Shown here piece by piece: positions 39,906 to 51,549 of a stretch of 64,000 nucleotides of DNA (within the stretch, counting starts at the first letter, position 1; every line of letters begins with the position of its first letter). Location of the stretch: positions 10,912,001 to 10,976,000 of the forward strand of contig NC_043000.1 in NCBI RefSeq assembly GCF_006345805.1. The letters are read 5' to 3'. Origin of the DNA: Octopus sinensis. Its lineage: Eukaryota. The position numbers were made by a program, and so were the translations under genes. The notes under the pieces are model-generated. The model did no database searches. It had not been told where the DNA came from and was given only the letters and a program-made list of their open reading frames with translations.

Positions 39906-40244
39906 GTATGAAGGCGCATGGCTCAGTGGTTAGAGCGTCGAGCTTACGATCGTGAGGTTGTGAGCTCGAATCCCGGACCGGGCTGCGTGTTGTGTTCTTG
40001 AGCAAGGCACTTTATTTCACGTTGCTCCAGTTCACTCAGCTGTAGAAATGAGTTGCGACGTCACTGGTGCCAAGCTGTATCGGCCCCTTTGCCGTTCCCT
40101 TGGATAACACTGGTGGCGTGGAGAGGGGAGGCTGGTATGCATGGGCGACTGCTGGTCTTCCATAAACAACCTTGCCCGGACTTGTGTCTAGGAGGGTAAC
40201 TTTCTAGGTGCAATCCCATGGTCATTCATGACCGAAGGGGGTCT
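39906..40244 (+). mobile_element. SINE family C, full length
   Basis: A box TGGCTCAGTGG, B-box-like GCTCGAATCC, CORE-like domain, and 14-bp TSD TTATTATGTAAGAT (39892-39905, 40245-40258). Confidence 0.9.
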
Positions 40245-40743
40245 TTATTATGTAAGATACAACAACTTCGAGTTGTTGGAGCACACAAATTACACTATTC
40301 CCATCAAACTTTGCTTTTGTGATCTGGACATCAATGTTCTGAGACTGACTTATTTTCCATTACATTTCAAATAGATTTAGCACTGATTAGCTAAAGCAGA
40401 AATATCGTTATAGCAAATATACTGTTCAATACCACAGATTTGCTTGTCATTTGCTTAACTTTAGCCACTTGAGTATGTTCCTTAGTGGCTGACAATATGT
40501 GCATCTCTGACCATGAGCAGGAGAAGTGGGGGAGCATCATAGCCATGTGTTGAATGGGGTTCTTTGGGGGTTGAATAAATGAACAAAAGCTAAATTCGAA
40601 GGGAATATTAACCATTTTTCATATTTTCTAGGGCTAAGCAAATAGGAAATAATAGTTGCTACCCAAAGACAAAAATCGTGTTACACAGTGTTATTTGCAG
40701 TTCTGTTATCCATTCTGTAGTTATAGTAAGCTTATCTTTTGTT

Positions 40744-41161
40744 AAGGCAAGCTGGCAGAATCGTTAGCACGCCGGGCGAAATGCCTAGCGGTATTTCGTC
40801 TGTCTTTACGTTGTGAGTTCAAATTCCGCCGAGGTCGACTTTGCCTTTCATCCTTTCGGGGTCGATAAATTAAGTACCAGTTACTCACTGGGGTCGATGT
40901 AATCGACTTAATACCTATGTCTGTCCTTGTTTGTCCCCTCTGTGTTTAGCCCCTTGTGGGTAATAAAGAAATAAATAGGTATTTCGTCTGCCGTTACGCT
41001 CTGTGTTCAAATTCCGCCGAGGTCGATTTTGCCTTTCATCCTTTCGGGGTCGATAAATAAAGTACCAGTTACACACTGGGGTCGATCTAAACGACTTAAT
41101 CCCTTTGTCTGTCTTTGTTTGCCCCCTCTATGTTTAGCCCCTTGTGGGCAATAAAGAAATA
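40744..41161 (+). mobile_element. SINE family A dimer
   Basis: Full head plus a second head-less unit. Confidence 0.9.
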
Positions 41162-41166
41162 TATGA

Positions 41167-41730
41167 AACGAACTTAGTGTGAATATCTCCTCTTGCACTT
41201 TCGGGGTACAAGAGGCAATCACTAGCCGTTGCTTTAATAATCCAGAATTCTACCAGTCAGAAACAACAAGACGCAGACGTAAAAGATATATATACTACTT
41301 TATTCTCTAATGTGGTAACAGTAACAATAAGTGGTTATCTGGTATCCCTTTGGTATAAATGTGTCAGTGCTGAACCTTATCGCTGTAAAATAAGAAAGTG
41401 TTCAAATGCAAAACGACACTGGTCAAAGATGGCGTCCGGAACAGGGAGAAGATGTGGTCTGCAACAATTTGGTTAAAGGCCTTTTGGTATGGTGCTGCTA
41501 GAATCAAGTTCGGACGGAGAAAAAATATACGTGACCGTCGCCTTCAGTCGCTGCTGTCTCAAGTCGCTGCTTGCTGGACGCTGGTGGTCAACGTCTTACG
41601 ACCCCCTTGCCTCGGCTAACTGCTACGTAGGCAAAAGGGTTCTTCTTCCGGTGGTGAAAGCACCAACCCCGCACGCGCGAAATACAAATGGACGGTGCGC
41701 GAGCGCGCGCCGTTGTATAGGATCACTACA
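41167..41730. repeat. Diverged duplicate (X') of 38165-38778
   Basis: 130-bp identical block (41212-41341 = 38224-38353), a non-homologous spacer, then conserved motif blocks separated by indels. Confidence 0.9.
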
Positions 41731-42200
41731 TATATATTAAGCTTATCTTTTGTTGACTGCTAGAAGAAAGGATTGAAGGAGAGAGAAAAAGTTTAAAAAG
41801 AAAACCAAAAAAAAAAAGTACAAGTAGAGAGAGCGAAAGTTGTATAGTTGCTCGGAGAAAAACCATACGTGAAGTGCTCCTTTTGGCCAGGAATCAAGTG
41901 GAAGCGATAGAACCGAACTTGGTTTCCGCACTTACATTTTTGCTAACAAAATTAGGTCAGACTAAACAAAGTATTTTTCGTCTGTTATATGCCTTCACCT
42001 AAGCTTCACTTGAACTAATCAGTTAAAAAATAGAACTTATCTGTTACATAGTAACAGATGACTCTCGTAAAATTTCTTAGGGCAAAAACCGAGAGCAATA
42101 AAAAAGAATTGGTGGAAAAATTCAGACTAGGTTTCGAATTTTGGCTAAAAATCTGGGAAGTTATTCGTTATATGTTTATGTTCAGTATCATAATGTAGAC

Positions 42201-42578
42201 AAGGTGGCGAGCTGGCAGAAACGTTAGCACGCCAGGCAAAATGCGTAGCCGTACTGCCGTTACGTTCTGAGTTCAAATTCCGCCGAGGTCGACTTTGCCT
42301 TTCATTCTTTCGGGGTCGATAAATTAACGACCAGTTACGCACTGGGGTCGATGTAATCGACTTAATCCGTTTGTCTGTCCTTGTTCGTCCTCTCAGTGGG
42401 TAGTAAAGAAATAGGTATTTCGTCTGTTTTTATGTTCTGAGTTCAAATTCCGCCAAGGTCGACTTTGCCTTTCATCCTTTCGAGGTCGATAAATTAAGTA
42501 CCAGTTGCGTACTGGGGTCGATCTAACCGACTGACCCCATTATCCAAAATTTCGGGCCTTGTGCCTAGAGTAGAAAAG
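42201..42578 (+). mobile_element. SINE family A dimer
   Basis: Flanked by an imperfect 17-bp repeat AGTATCATA(A/G)TG(T/A)AGAC. Confidence 0.85.
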
Positions 42579-43206
42579 TATCATAGTGAAGACAGTGGAT
42601 TTGCTAGGTGCTACTTCTATGTGAATTACGGTAAATTAGAATTTTTTTGTGCAGTAGTGTCTGGAGGACGGTTAGTAGAAGTTTTATGAATGGAACGGTA
42701 GTGCCGGTAAAGATTTGTCAGATGGTGAATACTTGTGATTCTCTAATCGAGTTATTGCAAGTTCTTAAAAGTGTTGTTTTTGTGCGTTCCATGTTTTGTG
42801 ATCTGACAAAACCAAGTGGAATGTGTGTTCTACCATCCAAGATACAGTATCCTCTTTAATGAGAACATTGTGCTCTGACTGACTCCAAAACCGCGAACTA
42901 AATACTTTATCCAATCTTCATTTTTAACCTCATAACCCTCTGTGATTCTCTTTTTGTGAAATGTGAAATTAATGTGATTAACATTCAATTTTAAATGAAA
43001 TAAAATATATCTTTTACCAAATTACGATGGTCCACATGGTCTGCTGTTTATCTATTTAATACGTAAGAGATAAGAATCTCTCACCAAATTAGTAATGCAG
43101 CTTTTATTTGGAGTGATGAACTGCATTTACTCTGCTGTACCTATTTATAGCAAGGCAGAGTTGGCCATTTAGGAATTCAGTCACCTGGCTACGAACAGAA
43201 AACAGT

Positions 43207-43802
43207 ACCTATTTCTTTATTACCCACAAGGGGTTAAACACAGAGGGGACAAACAAGGACAGACATAGGTATTAAGTCGATTACATCGACCCCAGTGCGT
43301 AACTGGTACTTAATTTATCGATCCCGAAAGGATGAAAGGCAAAGTCGACCTCGGCGGAATTTGAACTCACAACGTAACGGCAGACGAAATATCTATTTCT
43401 TTATTACCCACAAGGGGCTAAACATAGAGGGGAGAAACAAGGACAGACATAGGTATCAAGTCGAATACATCGACCCCAGTGCGTAACTGGTACTTAATTT
43501 ATCAATCCCGAAAGGATGACAGGCAAAGTCGACCTCGGCGGAATTTGAACTCACAACGTAACGGCAGACGAAATACCTATTTCTTTATTACCCACAAGGG
43601 GCTAAACACAGAGGGGACAAACAAGGACAGACATAGGTATTAAGTCGATTACATCGACCCCAGTGCGTAACTGGTACTTAATTTATCGACCCCGAAAGGA
43701 TGAAAGGCAAAGTCGACCTCGGCGGAATTTGAACTCACAACGTAAAGGCCGACGAAATACCGCTAAGCATTTCGCCTGGCGTGCTAACGTTTCTGCCAGC
43801 TC
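43207..43802 (-). mobile_element. SINE family A trimer (tandem ~184-bp units)
   Basis: Three near-identical units; only the 5'-most has the head. Confidence 0.9.
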
Positions 43803-44689
43803 TACCTAGAATAGGATATGAACTGCCGATCTCTCGGCAGGTTGTCTGCGACTGTATCCTCTCGGTCACTACACTACCATATTGGATGGTGATAGAAAAC
43901 AGTACCTAGAATAGAATATGAACTACCGAGAGATTGGCAGTTGATATCCTATTCTAGGTACTGTTTTCTATCCGTAGCCAGGAGAGTGAATTCTTAAATG
44001 GCCAGGTCTGCCTTGATATAAATAGGCACAGCAGAGTTCAAAGGTCAACACAAAGGTCAACTTCACCTTTTATCCTTTCGGAGTCAATTTTTTTTTGTCA
44101 AATCGGATACGTTGTACTGTAAAAAAGGTCATGGAAGCTCACTCACAGCGTCCCTTTCACCCAAATTAGAGTAGGGTTGTTGAGTGTAGGGCCAGTTGTA
44201 TCTGCTATTAAGAGAAACATTTACTACTGAAATTGTAAAAGAATAGCGCGATATGTAGATATAACACGGAGCGGAAATAAAGACGGAGACACGGCTCATT
44301 AAAATAGTCCCATTCCATCTCTGGGCATCGACACACTAAAGTTTCAAAGTCTAGCGGCTCACTTGGTAGAAATCTACAAGATCATTCATCATCTTTCCAA
44401 CAACTTTTTCCAGTTACACTTGAAAAAGAAAGTGAGTGTGGAAAGGGAAGTGCTGCCTTCCAGCGAATTTGTTGAAAGGCAGATGAGAGGATAGTCCAAG
44501 TGAACAGGCCTGCTCTAAGCATGCGCCTATAGATTAAGGATGGTGGATAGGGAGAAAGCCCCTACCCTAGTGATGAAGCTGGCAGTAGTTTTGTAGGGTT
44601 TCCACGAGCAACCCTCGGAATTCTCCTCACCTCTTTGTGGGGAATTTTCTCGTTTGAATTTTTTGTATCTTTCTTTTCTTTTCTTTTCT

Positions 44690-45068
44690 TTCATTTGTTT
44701 CAGTCATTTGACTGCGGCCATGCTGGAGCACCGTCTTTAGTCGAGCAAATCGACCCCAGGACTTATTCTTTGTAAGCCTAGTACTTATTCTATCGCCCTC
44801 TCTTGCCGAACTGCTAAGTTACGGGGACGTAAACACACCAGCATCTGTTGTCAAGCGATGTTTGGGGGACAAACGCAGACACACAAACTTACACACACAC
44901 ACACATATATACGATGGGCTTTTTTCAGTTTCCGTCTACCAAATCCACTCACAAGGCTTTGGTCGGCCCGAGGCCATAGTAGAAGACACTTGCCCAAGGT
45001 GCCACGCAGTGGGACTGAACCCGGAGGAACCATGTGGTTGATAAGCAAGCTACATACCACACAGCCAC
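44690..45068 (-). mobile_element. SINE family B, full length
   Basis: All domains present and CpGs retained. Confidence 0.9.
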
Positions 45069-45432
45069 TATCATTATTTTATTATATTATTCTACTGTTT
45101 ACATGTCTTCATGTAACCGCAAATCATTTTACATCATATATTCTATCACATTGCATTGTATCATCCTGTATATAGTACCGTCTTAAGGCATGGTCACACT
45201 GGGCGGTTTCCCGGAGGTTTCAGGGGTCTCAGAACTTAATATACCTTCTGATCTATGTATATTGTGGTTTGCTGTCAATAAATAAACTAGAGGGCCCAGT
45301 ACATTGAGTTGCTTGGGGGCCTATAATATTGCTAAAACGACCCAGTCACTACCGTTCATGATGTTTGGAAACCCTTAATGGCTAATAAAGAAATCATCAT
45401 CATCATCATCATTACTATCATTATTATTATTA

Positions 45433-46185
45433 AAGGCGGCAAGCTGGCAGAAACGTTAGCGCGCCGGGCGAAATGCTCAGCGGTATTTCGTCTGCCGTTA
45501 CGTTCTGAGTTCAAATTCCGCCGAGGTCGACTTTGCCTTTCATCCTTTCGGGGTCCGATAAATTAAGGACCAGTTACGCACTGGGGTCGATATAATCGAC
45601 TTAATCCGTTTGTCTGTCCTTGTTTGTCCTCTCTGTGTTTAGCCCCTTGTGGGTAGTAAAGAAATAGGTATTTCGTCCGCCGCTGCGTTCTGAGTTCAAA
45701 TCCCGCCCGGGTCGACTTTGCCTTTCATCCTTTCGGGGTCCGATAAATTAAGGACCAGTTACGTACTGAGGTCGATATAATCGACTTAATCCGTTTGACT
45801 GCCCTTGTTTGTCCTCTCTGTGTTTAGCCCCTTGTGGGTAGTAAAGAAATAGGTATTTCGTCCGCCGCTGCGTTCTGAGTTCAAATCCCGCCGAGATTGA
45901 CTTTGCCTTTCATCCTTTCGGGGTCGATGAACTAAGTACCAGTTGAGTACTGGGGTTAATGTAATCGACTTACCTCCTCCTTCAAACTTGCTGGCCTTGT
46001 GCCAAAATTTTAAACAACAGAACAACAATAATAATAATAGTCTCACGCTTTGCCACAGGGGCAGCAATTTTGGGTGTGGGGGATGAGTCGATTACATCGA
46101 TCCCAGTGTTCAACTGGTACTTATTTTATCGACTCCGAAAGGATGAAAGGCAAATCGACCTTGGCGGAATTTGAACTCAGAACAG
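45433..46185. mobile_element. SINE family A trimer (plus, 45433-46010) and a partial minus copy (46045-46185)
   Basis: Tandem units joined at AAGAAATAGGTATTTCGTC. Confidence 0.85.
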
Positions 46186-46658
46186 AATAATATGGCCATT
46201 GAAAGTTGTCTGTGAAGAAATAAAGTTTCGCGAGCGTCGTCTGTTGTTTCAACGAGTCGTTTGCCGATTTCATAAATTGTTATATCAGTGCTGAACCTAA
46301 AATAATCGTAATACGATACTACTTTGGAGAGAGAACAATACTTCTAGAACGTCTTGATTTTCTTTTCTTTTCTTTTTTACTAAGAGAAATACGAAGATAT
46401 GGCTTTTAAAGAACCGTTTCCAATCGTATTAGTTATGGAAGTGGAGTGAAATAGCTTCATCGAGAGATAAAAAAAAACAGTTGTGCAGTCGCTCATTCTA
46501 GAAATATCACCTTTTGTTCAATGACACTGATTGGAGAAATTCACGCTGACTGCATACTCTAGATTACAGTAGCAGGGTAACTTAACACACACAACAATTG
46601 CACGTGTGTATATCTATCTATCTATCTATCTATCTATAGATTTATAAATAAACTTGGT

Positions 46659-46768
46659 AAAAAAAAAAAAAAATCGATAACCCGCTAGAGAGAGATTGAA
46701 CTCGCACCGACACCTACGATACCAGTTCAGTATCATAAGATTTATTACAGCCACTGCTACCACCGGCC
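46659..46768 (-). ncRNA. Candidate Pol III small RNA (vault-like or tRNA-like)
   Basis: GGCCGGTGG-TAGCAGTGG (A-box-like), 9-bp internal hairpin, GAGTTCAATC (B-box-like), then a T15 run. Single copy in the window. Both boxes are imperfect. Confidence 0.35.
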
Positions 46769-46833
46769 TTATATAATCAGAGCGGAAGTGGAGAAGTTGT
46801 TACTATCTCTCGCTCATTTGTTTTCAAAACAAC

Positions 46834-46894
46834 ATGTTTCGTGCGCTGTACCGAATTTCTAGGACGAATCTCAGTTTCATATCTTCAGTGTCAG
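46834..46894 (+). CDS. Probable first coding exon with a mitochondrial presequence-like peptide
   Basis: CAAAACAAC-ATG context. MFRALYRISRTNLSFISSVS is Arg/Ser-rich with no acidic residues. Phase-1 donor CAG|GTTCGT. TATA-like (46770) and GCGGAAGTG motifs upstream. Downstream exons not identified. Confidence 0.45.
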
Positions 46895-48905
46895 GTTCGT
46901 ATATATATATATATAAATATATTTTTTAAAATCTTCCAGCACATCTTTTTGACTTACATATAGTTTCTTAATCACCCAAGCACATCTCTTTTTGACACTT
47001 GCTTGTCTTGTAGTATAGGAAAATAAAATAACAAAAACAAAACAAAACAACTTTAACATTCCCCCCTTATAGTCTTGTTTTGATTTCACAAATTTCTGCA
47101 GAAAAAAAAAGTAAAAAAAAAAAAAATGGTAAAAAGAATAAAAAAACATTATTTGATACTGAAGAATGAATAATTTCAATTTGTTACTTATTCAAAACAT
47201 TTATTGCATTTAGAAATCATCTTTAACAAATTATTTCTACTTCGACCATCATTTAACAACACAGAGAGGAGGTATTCCTTGTTTTATATTGTAATTTCAT
47301 TCACATTTTGGATACTTTATCGCAATATTACATCACTCTTCTACAATCTGACGCAGTGATATCGGCAGGATTTGAACTCATTCTGATTTTTAATTAAATT
47401 CCGTTAGACAATTCGTTCGATGCATCGGGCGAGATTCTTAACCATATTGGGTCTGACCTGTTTCTGTACCATTTATAACAATGAATGTCACCTTAGATTG
47501 TTTACATTCATATCTCAGTCAATAACAGAATCCGGTGGCTGAGATTTTCTTAGTTTTCAACCAAAATTATGTGACTCGGGTAATTATAGAAATATTGATG
47601 GGTGAACATCATAGATTTAGAGCGGAAGAATGCCAAGCTTGCAATTTAATATTTAAATTATGGTTAAAAAAAAAAAGCAAAAGAGGTTTTGGGTTGCAGA
47701 CTTTGCGGTCCGAAATACACATACACACAAATGAACTGGATTTTATTAAAATCAACGTATAAAGATTTTATTTTGAATTTAATTGGATTTTAATTGCATT
47801 GCTGTCTTACTCATCGCTCCCGCTAAAAGCTGAAACCGTATGTCAACAGGACTACTCAAGCCCGACGCAGAGGAAACCAGCTGCACAGAGCAATCGCTTC
47901 AGCTTCATAGGCTATTTTCGATTGTTCTACGTATATATATTTCTTTACTACCCACAAGGGGCTAAACATAGAGGTGGACAAACAAAGGGATTAAGTCGAT
48001 TACATCGACTCCAGTGCGTAACTGGTACTTATTTAATCGACCCCGAAAGAATGAAAGGCAAAGTCGACTTTGAGAGTAGTAAAACTAGATGCACAAAACA
48101 TTTACTTATATTCAACCAGTTTCTACACACACACACACTGCGTGCATATACACGAAAATGTACCATATATATGTGTGTTGTATGTATGTATATATGTGCG
48201 TGTGTATGTATACATGTGTGTGTATGTATATATGTATATATATCTATGTGTGTGTATACATGTGTATGTATATATATATCTATATGCATGTGTGTGTATG
48301 TATATATATATATGCGTGTGTGTATATGTATATATATATATATATATCTATGTGCGTGTGTGTATATATGTGTGTGTGTATGTACATATGTATGTATATA
48401 TATATCTATGTGCGTTTGTGTATATACATATGTGTGTATACATGTGTATGTGTTTATAGAAGTGTGTGTATATCTGTGTATGTGTATTTGTGTGTATGAA
48501 CATATATATATATATATATATATGTGCGTGTGTGTACAAATGTGTATATATATATCTGTGTGTGTATATCTATCTCATATATATGTGTGTGTGTGTGTGT
48601 ATACATACACACACATGAAGGTGGTAATGGTGGCTCTCTGTCTTTCAACTATGTTATCAGTCATTGGATCACCTGTATTACCTGATCCCGAATTAACTTG
48701 TCTGCGGCCGAGCATTCCACAGAACTTGTGTCCCCATAACATAATAACTGTCACGCAGAATCAGCGTCAAACCGAACGCTGCAACAAAGTTGTACGTTTT
48801 AAATTAGTCTACCCGACAGGTTTGTCCCATACAATTTCTCTCGACATGATTTCATTCACTCTCACTCAAAAACACATATATCTATCTGTGTATGTGTGTG
48901 TATGC

Positions 48906-48936
<31 letters not shown>

Positions 48937-48943
48937 GCAAAAA

Positions 48944-48981
48944 CTGTCCGACGAACGGCAACGTGAAACTCAGAGTAACAG
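48944..48981 (+). ncRNA. Minimal type I hammerhead ribozyme with U4C core variant
   Basis: CTGT-CCGACGA-ACG-GCAA-CGT-GAAA-CTCAGAG-TA-ACAG. All three stems pair; predicted cleavage after 48977. Confidence 0.65.
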
Positions 48982-49547
48982 GTTTTGTTGAATTTTCTGC
49001 TGCTTTAAATTAAGCATATTATTCTACCACTGGTATTTGAGTACTCTTTTTTCCACCTTGTTTCACATTTATGTGTTTACTCCGGTATATATATATATAT
49101 ATATATATATACATACACACACAAGAGAACAAAGTGTACGTACGCCGCTATATATATATATACATACATACACACACAAGAGAACAAAGTGTACGTACGC
49201 CGCTATATATATGTATATATATATATTTTCTGTTGTATCTTGGGAGAGTCATTCTCTTTTCCACTTATTTCTTATTTTTTATAAGAAATAAGTGGAAATT
49301 TTACCGGTGAGTGTGTCAAATAATAAGGCACTAAAAGAGAATGACTCTCCCCAGACACAACAGAATATGCTTCAACACATGAACTCATATAAAGAATCTT
49401 GCAAACCAAATCCAAAAACGAAATATACATATATATACCTTTATACAAAATGGGACAAGAACGCAAAACATCCAGATAGACGATTCAAAAAACATGGACG
49501 GGTCATGGATATTTTGCGTTCTTGTCCCATTTTATAAATATATATAT

Positions 49548-49895
49548 ATCATCATCATCATCGTTTAGCGTCCGCTTTCCATGCTAGCATGGGTTGGACG
49601 GTTCAACTGGGGTCTGGGAAGCCCGAAGGCTGCACCAGGCCAGTCAGATCTGGCGGTGTTTCTACAGCTGGAGGCCCTTCCTAACGCCAACCACTCCGTG
49701 AGTGTAGTAGGTGCTTTTTGTGTGCCATCGACAAAGGTGCCAGACGAGGCTGGCGAACGGCCACGCTCGGATGGTGCTTTTTACGTGCCACCGGCACGGA
49801 GGCCAGGCGAGGCTGGCACGGCCACGATCGGATGGTGTTTGTTACGTGCCACCAGCATAGAGGCCAGTCGATGCGGTGCTGGCTACGGCCATACA
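49548..49895 (-). mobile_element. RTE LINE 3' end
   Basis: (CAT)n tail and 3' UTR repeats as in 22840-23850. Confidence 0.8.
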
Positions 49896-50087
49896 AAGTA
49901 TATATAATTAAAGGAAGTTATGGCCGATCTATGGGGTTACCCAGCGTTTCACGTCCATAAGGCGCTTAGCTTTACAGTGTCTCTTCAGAAGCGTTGGGTA
50001 ACCCCATAGACCGGTCATAACTGTCTTACTCAATAACTTAGAGTTTGCTTCGCTTTCGGATTTATCTTTTACTGACAACACATACAC

Positions 50088-50118
<31 letters not shown>

Positions 50119-50119
<1 letters not shown>

Positions 50120-50281
50120 AGGCGTAGGTGTGACTGTGTGGTAAGTTGGTTGCTTACGAACCACATGGTTCCGGGTTCAGTCTCACTGCGTGGCACCTTG
50201 GGCAAGTGTCTTCTGCTATAGCCTCGGGCCGACCAAAGCCTTCTGAGTGGATTTGGTAGACGGAAACTGAAATATATATAT

Positions 50282-50312
<31 letters not shown>

Positions 50313-50434
50313 GAAAAATACAAACTGGGAGACAAGAACGTAAACATTTAGAAGACGATACAAAAAACACGGACGGGACATTCGAAGCCTTCAATCTTCA
50401 GTCAAGAACCGGATCATTCTCGCAATTTCGGCTG

Positions 50435-50487
<53 letters not shown>

Positions 50488-50616
50488 TAAGTGGGTGTTG
50501 GAAATGGTCTTATCAGTACTCACCCTGAATTTCGGTGCTTACAATTATCAAGTACTCCACCACCTACACCACCAAACGGTATATACAGGTCTTACATTAT
50601 CAAGTACTCACCCTGA

Positions 50617-50680
<64 letters not shown>

Positions 50681-50954
50681 ACAAAATTAGAAAATGGAGA
50701 AACATACTTCCCATGGTGGGTTGAATTTCAACCCCTATCTCATTTTATAACCTATATATATATATATATAGATGTGTATGTATGTGTGTGTATATGTTTG
50801 TGTGTCGCTTGACAACCGATGTTGGTGTGTTTACGTCCCCGTAACTTAGCGGTTCGGCAAAAGAGACCGATAGAATAAATCCTGGGGTCGATTTGCTCGA
50901 CTAAAGGCGGTGCTCCAGCATGGCCGCAGTCAAATGACGGAAACAAGTAAAAAG

Positions 50955-50958
<4 letters not shown>
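50119..50958 (+). mobile_element. SINE family B split at its internal microsatellite by other insertions
   Basis: 5' half at 50119-50270 and 3' half at 50770-50958. A PLE-type fragment (50305-50437) and (TA)n runs lie between. Confidence 0.8.
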
Positions 50959-50986
<28 letters not shown>

Positions 50987-51284
50987 GATCCTTCAGTATT
51001 CGTCTCCAGAATGTTGGTATGACGAAACAACGTTATTCACCCTCTCTTTTCAGCGTAGTCTCTTTGTTATGAGGGAAAGGTGTGTCGGAGAATGGCTACC
51101 TGTACCGAAGGATTGGCACACACACACACACACACACACACAGAGAAGCTCAACTGCTACATTTCCTATAGTTAGCCCTTTGCCTGGATTCTTCCTCCTA
51201 TTGTTTGACGTTGGATTTCAGGTAAAGTGGTAGTGGATGAGTGGATGTTAAATGAAGATGTACATGTATGCGCGCGCGTGTACA

Positions 51285-51292
51285 TCTATCTT

Positions 51293-51325
<33 letters not shown>

Positions 51326-51506
51326 TTATATCTATTTATATCTATCTATCTATCTATCTATTTATATCTATTTATATCTATCTATCTATCTATTTATATC
51401 TATTTATATCTATCTATCTATCTATTTATATCTATTTATATCTATCTATCTATCTATCTATTTATATCTATTTATATCTATCTATCTATCTATTTATATC
51501 TATTTA

Positions 51507-51549
<43 letters not shown>

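Noticed and set aside
41364-41377. 14-mer TCAGTGCTGAACCT shared with 46285-46298
   Set aside because: About 2e9 position pairs divided by 4^14 gives several chance matches in 64 kb.
47799-49013. 404-aa ORF, including an internal MKVVMVALCLSTMLSVIGSP signal-peptide-like start at 48615
   Set aside because: The frame runs through a SINE fragment and (TA)/(TG) microsatellites. No domain or splice support.
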